Assembly: GCA_043228905.1 (NCBI GenBank) | Contig: JBHGNT010000012.1 | Location: 18,972,001-19,036,000 of the forward strand | From: Azolla caroliniana | Taxonomy: Eukaryota; Plantae; Polypodiophyta | DNA: 64,000 nt | Direction: 5' to 3' | Shown here: positions 14,126 through 27,465 of the stretch, one piece after another | Layout: every line of letters begins with the position of its first letter | Position numbering within the stretch: the first letter of the stretch is position 1 | Made by a program: the position numbers and the translations under genes | Notes under the pieces: generated by a model | What the model was told of the DNA's origin: nothing | The model's input: the letters and a program-made list of their open reading frames with translations, nothing else | Database searches by the model: none

Positions 14126-14458
14126 CGCCCGGCCCATAGCCGCGATGTTCCAAAAAAATACATATGTAAATTTTGACGCGGAAAATAAAAAAAAGGAAAA
14201 TTTGAATTTCGTGCGCAATTATTTTCCATTTAAAATTAAATGAGTAAATAAAATTATTATTTTTTGCCATGTTTTTCGCTCGCGAAATAAATAAGTAAAT
14301 AACTAAATATGTAAATAAACAAGCAAAAAGAAAGAAAGAAAGAAAAATAATGAATAAATAAAGAAGTAGATAAATAGATATAAATAAATAAATAAATATA
14401 AATAAATAAATAAATAAATAAATATAAATAAATAATTTCTTCATCTTCTCCATATCTC

Positions 14459-14572
14459 TTCTATTCTTCTTCTTCTTCTTCTTCTCTGTTTTTCCTTCTC
14501 TGCTTCTTCTTCTTCTTCTTCTTCTTCTTCTTCTTCCTCTGTTTTCCTTCATTTTTCTTCATTCTTCTTCTT
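14459..14572. repeat. (CTT)n microsatellite / pyrimidine tract in the probable 5' UTR
   Basis: Runs of ttc/ctt trinucleotides are seen directly. Confidence 0.85.
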
Positions 14573-15034
14573 CCTCCCCCCCCCCCCTCTGTATGTACTC
14601 TTTCTCTCTCTTTTTAAACAAAAAAGAAAGAATAATTCTGTTTCTGTTCTTGTTCAATACACATGTACATGTACATATATTGATCAAACCCCCCCCCCCC
14701 CCCTTTTTCTTCATGCCTAGCCTCCCTTCTCTGCCGAATTTACTCTGCACAAGAATCATGTTGGCAACATTTCGATTCGGATATGCTTGACCATATATAT
14801 AAATGCATAAAAATCGATTCCGATACTGTTTCTGAAACAAATCATATACCATTCTTTTGCAGCAGATCAAATTTGTTGATTTCCCACCACATTCAGTCAG
14901 GAATGGACGCCTTTCTGCAGTAAGCAGAAGGTCAATTGAATCGAATTGATTCGATCGATTGGAATCAAAGTTATTGCAACACCTTTTCTTTTGTATTAAA
15001 TCACTATCTCTCTGCAAAAGTCGATCAAGTTTCC

Positions 15035-18000
15035 ATGGAAGCGAACAACATTCTGCATCATACGAAGTCATCGCATTCGTGGTGGCGGGATAGCCATAAA
15101 TCCTTCAAAAACTCGAAATGGCTGGAAGATAACCTCAAAGGTATTATTCTAAATTAACCAGTATCAAATACACATATATACCTCTCTTTGATTATCTTGC
15201 TTATTTATCCATCATTTAGTGATTAATTCTAGCCATCAGTTTGCATATTGATTCAATCAAACTTTTGCTGATGAGTCGATCTTTAAGGGACCTCTACATA
15301 TTCATTGGATCAATCTTAACTGATGAATTCTTGCTAATGAAGTGCGTAATCTAATCATTTTTTTTACTGATTGATGTGTTCTCGCTAATGTAATACATCA
15401 TTCAATCAAATCCATCAATCCGTGCTCAGGATGGGTCATTGTTAATGGTCTGTTGCATAGTCATTAGAGATCGACCGTTCTGCCCTGATGAGTCATCACT
15501 GATAGCTAATGTCTGATCTTCTTGTGTAATTGAAATTTCTGTGTGCACTGCATAAAAATGGAATGAAAACCAAAAACAAATGCAGATATGGAAGACAAGG
15601 TGACCACAATGAGGAAGCTGATAGATGAAGATGCGGACTCCTTCGCGAAGCGAGCAGAGATGTATTATCAGAAGAGGCCTGAGCTCGTGAGCTTGGTCGA
15701 GGAATTCTATCGAAGCTACAGAGCTCTAGCTGAACGATATGATCAACAGCAAGGAAGCTTCCAGATCATCCCCCCAGATGTTCTTGCTGGCTATGGTATC
15801 TCTGTCGATCCATCTCACACCTCCCCCAATTCATACATACACAGGTTGAAGACATCTCTCTCAAGCCGAGTAATCCATAAAGCAGACAATTCTTCTTCCT
15901 CCTCGTCTTCTGATTCTGATTCTGACCCAGAAACACCTTCTCCCACAAAGTCTAGCCGAGGAAGATCGGGTAATGATCATCATCCTCGCCATGTCAGAAG
16001 AGGGGGATCTTCTTCGGTAGGGAAGGGTTTGCAGGTCGAGAATGAAGGGCTGAGTCCAGAGCTCGAGAGAGGTTTATCTGAGCAGAAGGCTATGGAGCAA
16101 CAATTGATTAGGCTTCAGGAAGAGCTTAAAGCTCTAGAGAGTCAGAACTTGCAGCTTACCATGGAGAAGACTTCTGCTAATTCTGAGCTCTCATGCCTTC
16201 AAGAGGAGATGGAGAGATTGAAGAAGGAGAACACAGAGCTGGTTCTTGCAGTCTCTGTAGGAACTCAACAGGCCACGAAATGGGAAGAAGAAGAAAAAGA
16301 ACTCCATAACTTGCGTGTCTTGCTGGAGAGCTCTGAAGGTCTGCGGAATGCGTTAGAACAGCAACTCAGGAAGCTCCAGGAAGAGCTTGAAATAGCCAAA
16401 ATTGATGCCATGGAAGCCATGGAGAACCTGTCGCAGAGAGATAAACAGGTGAAGAAGCTGGAAGAGGAAGCAGGGAGACGAGAAGGTCGCATGGAGGCTC
16501 TGCAGAAAGAACTGGAAGGTTTCCATGATGAGAAACATAGAGGGATCGAGCTCTCAGGGATGCTTGAGGAACAACTTAGTGATCTTCAACAGGAGCTCTC
16601 ACAGGCCAGAGATGAAGTTCACAAATTATCGACTGAGGTTATCCATAAAACTACAGTCATGGAAAAGCTTCAATCGGGGATACAGAAGCAGGAAGAGATC
16701 GTTGCAGATCTCAGACGAGTTATTTCTGCCATGCAAGAAGAGGAGCGAATCCTCAGGGATCGATTGGAAGAAAGGTGTACCGAAGCCGAAGCTCTCCATC
16801 TCCAGGTCCAGAAACTTGAGCTTTTGTTAGATGAATCTAGGTCTCTGAACCATGGTCTCGAGGAACAATGGAAAGCTCTGCAGAGGGAGCTCCAAGCCAC
16901 AGAATCGAATGCTAAGATTGCTGCTGAGAGTTTGATTTCGGAAAGAGATTCAGTGGTAAAGAGGCTTGAAGAGGCAGTTGAAACCCGGGAAGAGACTATT
17001 CAAGGTCTGCAGAAAGAACTGGCAAGCTTCCATGGTGAGAGAGATAGAGGGATTGAGCTCACAGACATTCTGGAGAAGCAACTTATGGGCCTGAAACAAG
17101 AGCTAGCTACCACCACCGAGCAGTTCAGATCTCACGAAGAATCATGGAAACTCGAGAAAAACAGCCTTGAAGCGCAGTTGCTGAAGGAGAAGCAAGAGCT
17201 TCAAATAGCTCTCGACCTGTGCAATGAACAGGTAAAGAATCTGGAAACACAGCTTGCAAGCTTAACAAGCCAATTGAGCGAGGCAGAAGAATCTCGTAGA
17301 TTTCATCAGGCCGAGCAGAACAGGGTGCACTCCGAATTGTCAGAAAGATCGGAGATGGTGCAGAAGCTCGAAGAGGAGCTGGAAAGCATGCTAAAGACTC
17401 TCCAACATTTGATGCATGAGGAGAATGGAAGCTCCCACCACAGCTTCCATGGTGATGGCGAGCATTCGATTGGTCATATCCACCTTCCTGAACCAAAGCA
17501 CCATACACTCAGAAACTTGAAAGATGGAATGCTCCATCTGCTCACAGACAGGAAAGAGATCAAAGATGAGTCCATAGCTCGTGGAAGCCTTGTAAATGAT
17601 CTCCAGGAACAAGTTTCCTCCATGCGAGCGGAGTTGGATACTCTGCAATCTGCATCACTGAGAAAGGACGAAGAAAACTTGGCTCAGTGTATGAAACTCG
17701 AGGCTGCGAATGTCCGCGCGATGGAGTTGCAGAAAGAGGTCGACAATTCAAAGAAACAGACCGCAAATTTGATGCTTGACATGGAAGAGCTTCGCAGAGC
17801 AAAGGCAGAAGAGGAAGAAAGGCACAGATCGAGTGATGCGGAGCTTCATGAAGCTCTCGCAGAATCGAAACAGAGAATCAATGGCCTGCTTGAGGAATCA
17901 ACAAGAATCTCAGAGAAGTACAGGGAAACAACCTCAGAAATCCGACACCTTCAGATTCTGCTATCAGATCTGAGCAAAGTGAAGGAAAGTCTTGAGAGTG

Positions 18001-19553
18001 AGATTGCGTCAGGAGCTGTGCGCATGGCTGATTTGACAGAATCAATGGTGAGCATCGAAAAAAAGAACCATATCCTTCACTCCGAATTACAGGACAAACA
18101 GGAGAAGATAAGGGACCTGGAAGAAAGGTTGGCCGAATCGACAGAGAAGAATGAGCAGATGGATCGGGATTTAAAGTCAAGGTTCGAGGAGATGATGTTC
18201 CTCACACAGGAAATGTCTAAACTCCAAGGAATCCATGGCAAGCTACAAACAGAGCGAAGCCATCTGATCCATGAGAAAGAGAGGAGCCTCGATGAACATA
18301 AATTGGTGCGCCAAGCGTTAGAGGAAGTCGAGAAGGAGCTTGCTGCAGAGAACAGTCGGAATTCTCTGCTCGAGATACAGCTCAAAGAAGCACGCAGCAA
18401 AATACAAGAACTTGAAGCCATGATTTCTTGCCTGGAGGCGGAGAAGAAAGCATTCTCTGTCGAGATCTCCTCTGCCATGAGCGAGTTTCAGAGAAGGAGT
18501 GATGATTTACAGGGGCAATTGCAGAAGAAAATCCAAGAACTCGAGATTGCAGACAAGAATCTCGGTGCGGAGAACAATCGGAATTCTGTGCTTGAGGCGA
18601 GTCTCAAAGAAGCAAGTAGCCGGACACAGGAGCTCGAAGCCATGGTTTCTCAACTCGAGACCGAGAAGAAGGCATTCTCTGTCGAGATCGCATCTATGGC
18701 GTTGCTTCTGAGTAGTGCGCAAAGAAAAACTGAGGATTTAGAGGGGGAATTGATGAATGTGAGGTCTGATTTGAGTGCAGAAAGGGAGCAATCACAGCTG
18801 AAGAGCCAGGAGATGGAGGAACTTTCAGTGAAACTGAAGTTGCTTCATGAAGAAAGGATGTCTGTAGGCATGGAGCTTGAACAGAAGGTGCAGGATTATG
18901 TCAAGCTTGAAGCCGCAATGGCTGCTCTTAGCAGAGAACATGCCTCTCTTGCTAACCAGAAAGAAACACTGTCGGAAGAGCTCGCCTTGGGGGCAAGGAC
19001 AATACGAGAGCTCGAAGAAGAAGCTGTTCGGATGAGGTCTGCCAAGCATGCCCTCGAGGAAGCCATAGCCAGAGAAACAAGAAAGCTTGAAGAGGAAGAG
19101 AAGAAGTGGAAAGCTATGCATGATTCAAAAGAACATGAACTTCAAAGTCTCAATCAGAGTTTCAAAGCCATGAGAGAAGAGAAGATAAGCTTCGGGGCAG
19201 CCATGAATATAGGTGTAGGGAACTTCAAAGAGGTGCAGACACAAGTGAACGAATTACTGAAGAAGATAGCTGCCATGGAGCTTGCAGTAGAATCAGAGCG
19301 CAGAAAGGGTGATGAAAGACAGTCTATAATGCAACAGCAGGTTGCTTCCCTCAGAGAAGAGAACCAGAGACAGGGATTCATCATCACTGACAGAAGCGAA
19401 GAGAAGCGACAGGCAATCAATCAGCTGTGTATTGCCATTGATCACCTGCAAGAAAAGAACAAGAGCTTGAAAGGCACCATAGCCACTGCTAGGGTGAAAC
19501 TTCAGCAGAGATCAATTCCTGTCAGGAGGAGGGGCTGGAATTTCTGGTTCTAG
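15035..19553 (+). CDS. NETWORKED (KIP1/NAB actin-binding domain) long coiled-coil protein, NET4/CIP1-like; exons 15035-15140 and 15586-19553 (~1357 aa)
   Basis: Exon 1 has HSWWRDSH...SKWLEDNL and exon 2 has DADSFAKRAEMYYQKRPELVSLVEEFYRSYRALAERYD, together the NAB domain. The C-terminal EEKRQAINQLC resembles the EEKREAIRQLC motif of NET4/CIP1. Confidence 0.92.
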
Positions 19554-19627
19554 AAGAAGAAGAAGAGAGCATTGATTCTCTTGCTGTGTTTCTCTTTGAA
19601 CTGGTTAGCCTGTATAATAAATAAGAT

Positions 19628-19870
19628 AGCCATTGATTCTTACTTGCACAGGAGAAGCAAGAAAACCATTGAATCGTACCTGAACAAGCTAAGAAAGGGA
19701 ACCATTGATTCTTATCTGCACAGGGAAACTAAGAAAGCCATTGATTCTTATCTACACAGGAAAACAAAGGAAGCCATTGATTCTTATCTGCACAGGAAAA
19801 CAAAGGAAGCCATTGATTCTTATAATGCACAGGGCAGGAAAGGAAAACCGTTTAACTATACCTGCAGAAT
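19628..19870. repeat. 36-bp tandem repeat, ~6-7 copies, in the NET 3' region
   Basis: Unit agccattgattcttatctgcacaggaaaacaaagga at 19628, 19664, 19700, 19736, 19772 and 19808. Confidence 0.9.
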
Positions 19871-20131
19871 AAATAAATAAATAAATAAATAAACAAATAA
19901 ACAGAGTTGTTATGTTTTGTTAGCTTGTTCTCTGAGGATCACAATCCCATCCATGGTTTCTTCAAGCTCCTGAAATGCTTGTTTTTCTTCGGTTGTCATC
20001 TGTTAAGAAGGAGAAGAAGAGCACCCATTGATTCACTCTGTCTCTGTCTTGTGTCTCCTTCTGTGTATTGAATTTCTTCTTCTTCCTCCTCTTCGTCTCT
20101 CTGTTTTTGATAAAAAATTTGAAGCCATTTG

Positions 20132-20587
20132 AACAGATGGATTAAGGTTTCTTAATGATAAATTAAGCAAGGTTAAATATTGGGCTCTTTAACAGATGGA
20201 TTAAGGTTTCTTAATGATTGATTAAGCAAGGTTAATTATTGGGCTCCTTAACAGATGGATTAAGGTTTCTTAATGATCAAGTAAGCAAGGTTAAATATTG
20301 GGTTCTTTAATAGATGGATTAGATTTCTTAATGATCAATTAAGCAAGGTTAAACATTGGGCCCTTTAATAGATGGATTAAGGTTTCTTAATGATCAATTA
20401 AGCGAGGTTAAATATTGGACTCTTTATCAGATGGATTAAGGTTTCTTAATGATCGATTAAGCAAGGCTAAATATTGTGCTCTTTATTAGATGGATTAAGG
20501 TTTCTTAATGATTGATTCAGCAAGGTTAAATATTGCAATCTTTAACAAATGGATTAAGGTTTCTTAATGATCTATTAATATTGGGCT
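20132..20587. repeat. ~59-bp minisatellite, ~7.5 copies
   Basis: Unit aacagatggattaaggtttcttaatgatcaattaagcaaggttaaatattgggctcttt is repeated in tandem. Confidence 0.92.
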
Positions 20588-22004
20588 TCATTTGGGCTTT
20601 GTACACCCATGGAGATAAATACCTTGTTAAGTGCAATTGAGCATTAGACATAAGTCATGTTGAAAACACTCGTCCGATGATATTTTTTGTGCAGGTTTCG
20701 GAAATGCATGGACATGAAATGTAGCCAACTTATTGATTGGGTTTCTAATGAAAGCATTGCTGCGAAAATGATCTTTAGAGAAGACATGTGGTATTAGAGA
20801 GGTGGGCGACTTTGCGATTAAGTGGCTTAATTTGGATGGTAATTATGAGGCATGTCTTTTGTTCATTGATGAGGCAAGTATCATTTGTATATGTAAATAG
20901 AGGTTGAAAAACCATGTTTGTGGGATGAACATGATATGAGCGATATCTGGTAGATAGAATTGCTAGATCCCTATTGTATGTCATCATTTATTTGCTCACT
21001 CTCGTCGTTAGTATACTCTTTTCATGCTCATTCTTTTCACTAGATTTATCTTCTAAAGTAACCCTAGGCTCGACTTGAGCTTGGGTTCTCTCGATCAATG
21101 CATTCGGAGCCTAGTAGTTGGAGCCTCAAGTATTCAAAGATATTTGTTAAACCATTTATTTTTATTATCTTTACTTTGTCATTACACTACTCATACCTTG
21201 TTCGTGGCAATTTTTATTTGTCAATTGGGGGATCATCAATGGACTTGGCTACCAAACCCTAAGTAGCCCATTTTGTGCAAGCTTGTCAACATAAAAAAAG
21301 CTATCCATGGGCAACTTACGATTCTATGGTCTTGTTTGTCAATGGATTGCAATTGGCTTCAATCAAGGAGAGTTTAGTGGCTAGGGTCAATTCTACTAGC
21401 TCAACGCAATCAATATGCCAATCTCTGATCATGCATCAAATTTCATCCAAATGGCAATTGATAGTTCTATGTAGCCCTACTAAATTTGTTTTCAAACTTC
21501 AACAATGTCCTTGAAGTCAATCAAACACACAACTTCACCTTCTTGAAGTTTTGCTTTTGTGTTCACCCTAAGAATTTGCAAGTTTGTGGCTTTGGATGCC
21601 CTAATAGAATGGAAAATGTTCATGCTTGATGACAACGTGGTGAAATTTGTGATGCTTAAGGATCATGAACAATTACGATATTCTAAAACAATGTTCTCAT
21701 GGATATTCAATTATGCAACTCTTGATTGATTCACATAGACACTCAGATAATCTCTCTTGCATTATCCAAGGTTAGATGATATTCAGGCCGCAACATTCTA
21801 ATTTTCTTTGGTTTTGTTTCAATCAGATTATGGTCCAAGGGGTATTGTGTACATCAACAATCTTTTGTGGTTTACTTTTACATTTTTAAGGTTATTGTCG
21901 AAACAAAATATCCATTCTTTTCAATTAAAAATGATCAAAATACTTGGCACTCAAAATTTTACACAACTTTGAGGGCAGGGAGAGTAGGAAAGGGAGAGAG
22001 ATGG

Positions 22005-25000
22005 CTAGACAGTGGATGCAACAGGTTTGCCAGACAGGCGAGAGTAGCCATAAAGGGTCTCTTCAAACCGGATTATCTCATTCTTCGAACCATAAGCAAC
22101 TTGCGTGCGGTCATCGGTGCCCACGATAACCTTGTCCAACACACTTTGCTTGCCATCACTACTATAGCCCCCGGCCTTCTCTACCAATAGTCCAAGAGGA
22201 GCCACCTCAAAGAGAAGCCGCAACTTTGCCTTCGTGCTCGGTGACGATACATTTGTGAAGATTCCCTTCTCCTTCACGATGATCTATACATTGTATATAT
22301 TACATGTTTATTACTTTGGTTCCCTTAGTTCTTTGAGTACATTTCATGGACAATGGATTCAAATCAATAGTTGCACATATTATAATTTAAAATCGGTTTC
22401 GGGTTATTTACCTGGTTGACATCAGGGACCATGCCTCCAGTGTATCGTAGAGTGTATTTCTCGCTCACGTAATAGTTAACCAGCTGTGCCATGCAACCCA
22501 CACAACAAACTAGGATGATGAATATATAAATCTTACACAATCAATAAACAACATTACCCTCATGAGCAACCCTAAAACTCTCAAATGTATGTTAAGTCTT
22601 ATCTATGCATGTACATAATAGTGGTGGATGCACACTCGGATGGATGCATAGTATGTACTAACATACATGGATCAAAATTACTAGGAAAGGAAGGACATGA
22701 TAATGGTGATTGCACACATTTATGGACATAAACAAGCACTTTGTGTGATTGATTACCTTCTCGTATTCAGGGTTGTCGAAAGTGGCACGGAGATTTCCGG
22801 GTGAAAATAGCTTGCCTTCACCGATCTCCGTGGTTTCCTTGACATGTTGCCACTTGCCTAATACCATGAGTAGGGGATAAGTAATAAGTTGTTAACATTA
22901 GGCAGCCTCGTATATTTGCATTGATAGCTTGCAAAGCATATGCTCTCAATCACACCTTAATGGAATCATTTGAACTAGAGATAAAGCCCATAAGCCCATA
23001 TGCTTACATAGCTTAATGGAATCATTTGAACTAGAGATAAATCCCATAAGCCCATATGCTTGTATAGCTTAATGGAGCAAATTTGGTATGATTAAGCATA
23101 TTCTCGTAAGACATTGGTCATATTGAGATGTGCATATTTACCATCATCCATGAGAAGGAATTCGTGTGTCCCCGGGGCATCCGCAAGGGCGAGAACGTAT
23201 GTTGTCCGGGGCCCATAGATGCCCATGGCAGCAGCCACCTGGTCCTGTCCGGTGATGCCGGTCAACTTGTCCCCAGCCCACACGCCAAAGATCGTTCCCA
23301 CGGTGAAGTTAGTGTCCACGATGCTCGATCCATCCAAGGGATCAAAGGCCACGCTAAATTCCTCTGTAACAATGGTATCCAAATTTTAGAAATGGTTTCC
23401 CATGTGGGTTTAGGGTTTCTCGGCAACGTTTCTGTGCCAACATTTCCCCTAGCTAGGTATGAACTTCATTGTTGGAAGACATCTATGAACTCTTCTGTAT
23501 ACATGAAGAGGATGAATGCTAATATATATATGTATATGTATATATGTACACACACATCAATGTCTACTTACCACCTCCCATGTCAAGAGGTACTGGATCC
23601 TCCTCTGAGCATGCCCATTTGCAAACATGAGAATGCTCTAAAGCCTGCATCATCAAATTTAGCAACAAGATTATTAGGTGGGATCGCCACAATCATTGTG
23701 TCCATCCCTATAAAAAACCTTAGAAGCAAATTAAAATTAGTACATATATTGTGTTCCTAGACATCTCTAATAAGTAGCACCTTGTATTGTCGACAAATAG
23801 AAATAAGCAACTCACATCAAAGAGGAGCTTGTTGGCCAAGAGGTCGACGGCAAGTTGCTCGTCTCCGAAGGTGTTCACACATGCGGTGGCCCCGCAAGAG
23901 GCGGTGCGGACCTTGAAGGAGATGGTGCGAAGGGCCTCTCCCATGGCGATCATGAGCCTCGCGAGAGGCTTGTTCTTGGTCGATTTCGCGAGGAACACTT
24001 CCTATTAGATTCAATAACAATCAGATTTGACATGCTGCGGAAAAACCACAATGTGACCTTTACAAAAATGATATTAAGGGACTTTAGGATGACCACAAAC
24101 AATCTATCGAATAAATCCATATGCTGTCTTGAGTGATAAGCATGACCTAGACAAAGTGAAAACAAATCGCATTTGGCCTTCATGAAAAAGTCATGGGATC
24201 AATGGGTATCACTCAGTCATTATGGGCTGAAATATGAGTTTAATCCTAGAAAAATGGCTTTACAACATTGACATGGCAACACAAAGTGAAAATGGTGGCA
24301 TTGACCTTCAACAAATGAGCATATTGTGATCAATGAGGGTCACCCACTCCTCATTGGATTTGAACCCAAACAAAAACACAACATAACCTAAAGTGGCAAT
24401 GCATTTTCAATGAAGATCATTCACTCATCACAGGTTTAGAGTACAAACAAAAACCACCTGGAAACCCTAATCCTACTCTAATTTTTGATAAAATGTGGAG
24501 AGATAAGAAGATGTTTTACCAATGAATCTCCAAGTTCAGCTCTTGTAGTAGTGATGGTAACTTGCTTGGCAGGAGCAGCCGATCTCCTGGCAACAGAGAA
24601 GCTCTGCAGACGCTGGCCGACAAGGCCATTGGAGTCCCTTAGCTGTTTCAAAAGACAAAAGATAGAGATTATAAAAAATTAGAAATCTTAACTCCAAAAA
24701 ATAGAAGAAACATTAACCCTAGAAATCAGCCTTAAGACCTAATCCTAAAATAAAATATCTTAACTCCGAAAAACCTTAAACCAAAGAAGAAACATTAACC
24801 CTAGAAATCAACCTTAAGCCCTAATCCTTAGTTACCATAGAATAAACCCTTAACCCAACCCTAAGGTTAAATCAAAGAATAGAAAATCTAAACCTAACTC
24901 CAAGCTTAAGTCAAAGAAGAAATTCCTTGAAACCCTAAATCTAAACAAGCCGGGCATCGAAAACACTAGACATTAACCACCAAAACCCAAGACCCAACAT

Positions 25001-26120
25001 CCAAAACGTCCTCCTAAAGAAGAAATCCGTGAAACCCTAAATCTAAACAAGCCGGAGATCGAAAACACTATACATTAACCACCAAACCCAAGACCCAACA
25101 TCCAAAACCTCCTCCTAAAGAAGAAATTCCTTGAAACCCTAAATCTAAACAAGCCGGGCATCGAAAACACTAGACATTAAACACCAAAACCCAAGACCCA
25201 ACATCCAAAACCTCTTCCTAAAGAAGAAATTCCTTGAAACCTTAAATCTAAACAAGCCGGGCATCGAAAACACTAGACATTAACCACCAAACCCAAGACC
25301 CAAGATCCAACATCCAAAACCTCCTCCTAAAGAAGAAATTCCTTGAAACCCTAAATCTAAACAAGCCGGGCATCGAAAACACTAGACATTAACCACCAAA
25401 ACCTCCTCCTAAAGAAGAAATTCCTTGAAACCCTAAATCTAAACAAGCCGGGCATCGAAAACACTAGACATTAACCACCAAAACCTCCTCCTAAAGAAGA
25501 AATTCCTTGAAACCCTAAATCTAAACAAGCCTAGCATCGAAAACACTAGACATTAACCACCAAAACCTCCTCCTAAAGAAGAAATTCCTTGAAACCCTAA
25601 ATCTAAACAAGCCTAGCATCGAAAACACTCGACATTAACCACCAAAACCTCCTCCTAAAGAAGAAATTCCTTGAAACCCTAAATCTAAACAAGCCTAGCA
25701 TCGAAAACACTAGACATTAACCACCAAAACCTCCTCCTAAAGAAGAAATTCCTTGAAACCCTAAATCTAAACAAGCCTAGCATCGAAAACACTAGACATT
25801 AACCACCAAACCCAAGACCCAACATCCAAAACCTCCTCCTAAAGAAGAAATTCCTTGAAACCCTAAATCTAAACAAGCTGGGACATCGACAACACTAGAC
25901 ATTAACCACCAAAACCCAAGACCCAACATCCAAAACCTCCTCCTAATGATGATCCTAAACCCTATTTCAAGCGAAGAGAGGGAGGAACCTTGCGTGCGGG
26001 GTCGATTTGGAGATGGCGGGGGCCGAGCTGAGCCGAGACATTTCTTGAGGCAGAGAATGATGTGGAGGCGGCAGCGATGGCGCTAGAAGAGGAACTGGCA
26101 GTTGCAGCAGCAGCAGCCAT
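22005..26120 (-). CDS. SBPase: Sedoheptulose-1,7-bisphosphatase, chloroplastic; 8 exons: 26120-25989, 24642-24520, 24001-23816, 23644-23572, 23363-23142, 22857-22757, 22483-22412, 22283-22005 (395 aa)
   Basis: An Ala/Ser-rich transit peptide is followed by [10 protein letters not shown] (redox Cys pair), [42 protein letters not shown] and [12 protein letters not shown]. Exon phases sum to 1188 nt. Confidence 0.97.
24913..25945. repeat. 82/103-bp minisatellite, ~11 copies, in SBPase intron 1; each unit carries AAACCCTAA
   Basis: Unit aaagaagaaattccttgaaaccctaaatctaaacaagccgggcatcgaaaacactagacattaaccaccaaaacc[caagacccaacatccaaaacc]tcctcct. Confidence 0.95.
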
Positions 26121-26300
26121 GGCGGACCTTCAACACACAATCTACTCTGTTTCCAGCACCACACAATCTACTCTGTTTTTTCCTTTTTGTTGGTTGGCTA
26201 ACAGAAGAGAGTGAATGAATGAATGAAGAAGAAAGAGAGAAGAAGTGGATGCAGCCAAAAAATGCTCTGAGGATTGTAAGGAGCTCATTGCACCCTCTAT

Positions 26301-26314
26301 CTGCCACGTGGCAG
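26301..26314 (-). promoter_or_regulatory. Perfect palindromic G-box CTGCCACGTGGCAG in the SBPase promoter
   Basis: A 14-bp palindrome ~180 bp upstream of the ATG. GGATAA/GATAAG (I-box-like) motifs lie on the minus strand at ~26356 and ~26627. This is typical of light-regulated Calvin-cycle genes. Confidence 0.7.
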
Positions 26315-26372
26315 CCTCCCCTTGACAAGAAGAAAAGAGAGAAAGAAGGAAGGTTTTATCCATAGTCTGTAT

Positions 26373-26620
26373 GTATGTAATATACTCGAATGCATCGGCA
26401 AACATTCCTTTTTCATACGGCAAACGAATGCGTATGTTATCAAAACATTCTTATGTTTTTTTTTAAAATTACCCTTTTTACCTTGACTTCCTTACCTTTA
26501 AAAAATTTATTACCTTATAAGTTATAATAAATAATGAATACAAAAGTATAGTATTTACCATACTTCGAGGGTGTTTACCTTACTCGAATGATTGAAACAT
26601 TCACGAATGCAAGTATGGTA
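26373..26620. repeat. Dispersed ~240-bp repeat (MITE/TE remnant), copy B
   Basis: Aligns with 1040-1270 in the same orientation. Confidence 0.8.
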
Positions 26621-27310
26621 AGAAATCTTATCCCATGTCCACATACATACATAGCATATAACATACATGCATACATACATACATACATAACATAACATAC
26701 ATACATAAATGATAACATAACGTACATACATACTCCATGGACACTGCATGTCTGAGTGTTCTTCTCTTGTCTCCCCTAAACATCGCCCAAAACGGTCTCG
26801 TGATTCCTCATACCACCCTACTCACCTTCACCCAAAAAATCTTCGTGCTTCGACCTGCCCCTGCAACTTCCTAATGGACTTGGTACTACTCTCCCTACGT
26901 ACGATGTCGCCCCATCCGTGTCTGCGCTTCCACCTAGCCTTTTCATCGAACTTTTCGTGGTCTAAGTCTCACTTGCTTTAGGTTGGGCTTCTCCGAACAA
27001 TCAATATTCCAACCAAACTTTCTCCAGTCAGTTCAAATATCAATCGAGACATTTGCTCATCCATTGCTCTCTTTGAAATGTTTGCAATTTCCCCTGGGCA
27101 AATGTTTCCCTTGACTACACTCACGCCACATATTTTGTTTGTAACCTTTGGGTAATATCCCCTTTTCATCTCGTTAATTGCATTTTGATTCCTCCTATAT
27201 TCCATTGTTCGATTTGCACCACCCCTATGAATCGATTTTCTCTTTGTAGTGTTGACTAACAAAAAATGGATTTGTAATAACATGTTGGTGAGTATATATG
27301 GGTCATTAAC

Positions 27311-27465
27311 TGTTACGGGCATAACCTTATGGGTTGATTCTATAGCTAATTTAGTAGGTTTAGGATAAGAAGTAAGGAAGTCAATTATCCTAGTATATTA
27401 GAGGCACAAAATTACATATCGATTCTATAACTATAGAATTGGTTCGTAAGGTTATGCCTATAACA
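27311..27465. mobile_element. 155-bp foldback/MITE-like element with imperfect TG...CA inverted termini
   Basis: tgttacgggcataacctta (27311) pairs with taaggttatgcctataaca (27447-27465) at 17/19 positions, extending imperfectly to ~38 bp. No TSD is seen. Confidence 0.5.

Noticed and set aside
13601-14552. 165-205 aa ORFs upstream of NET
   Set aside because: They arise from the GC-rich promoter and low-complexity tracts and have no recognisable domain.
21075-21600. Possible Gypsy integrase zinc-finger remnant
   Set aside because: Only a very weak HFVQACQ resemblance, which is insufficient.
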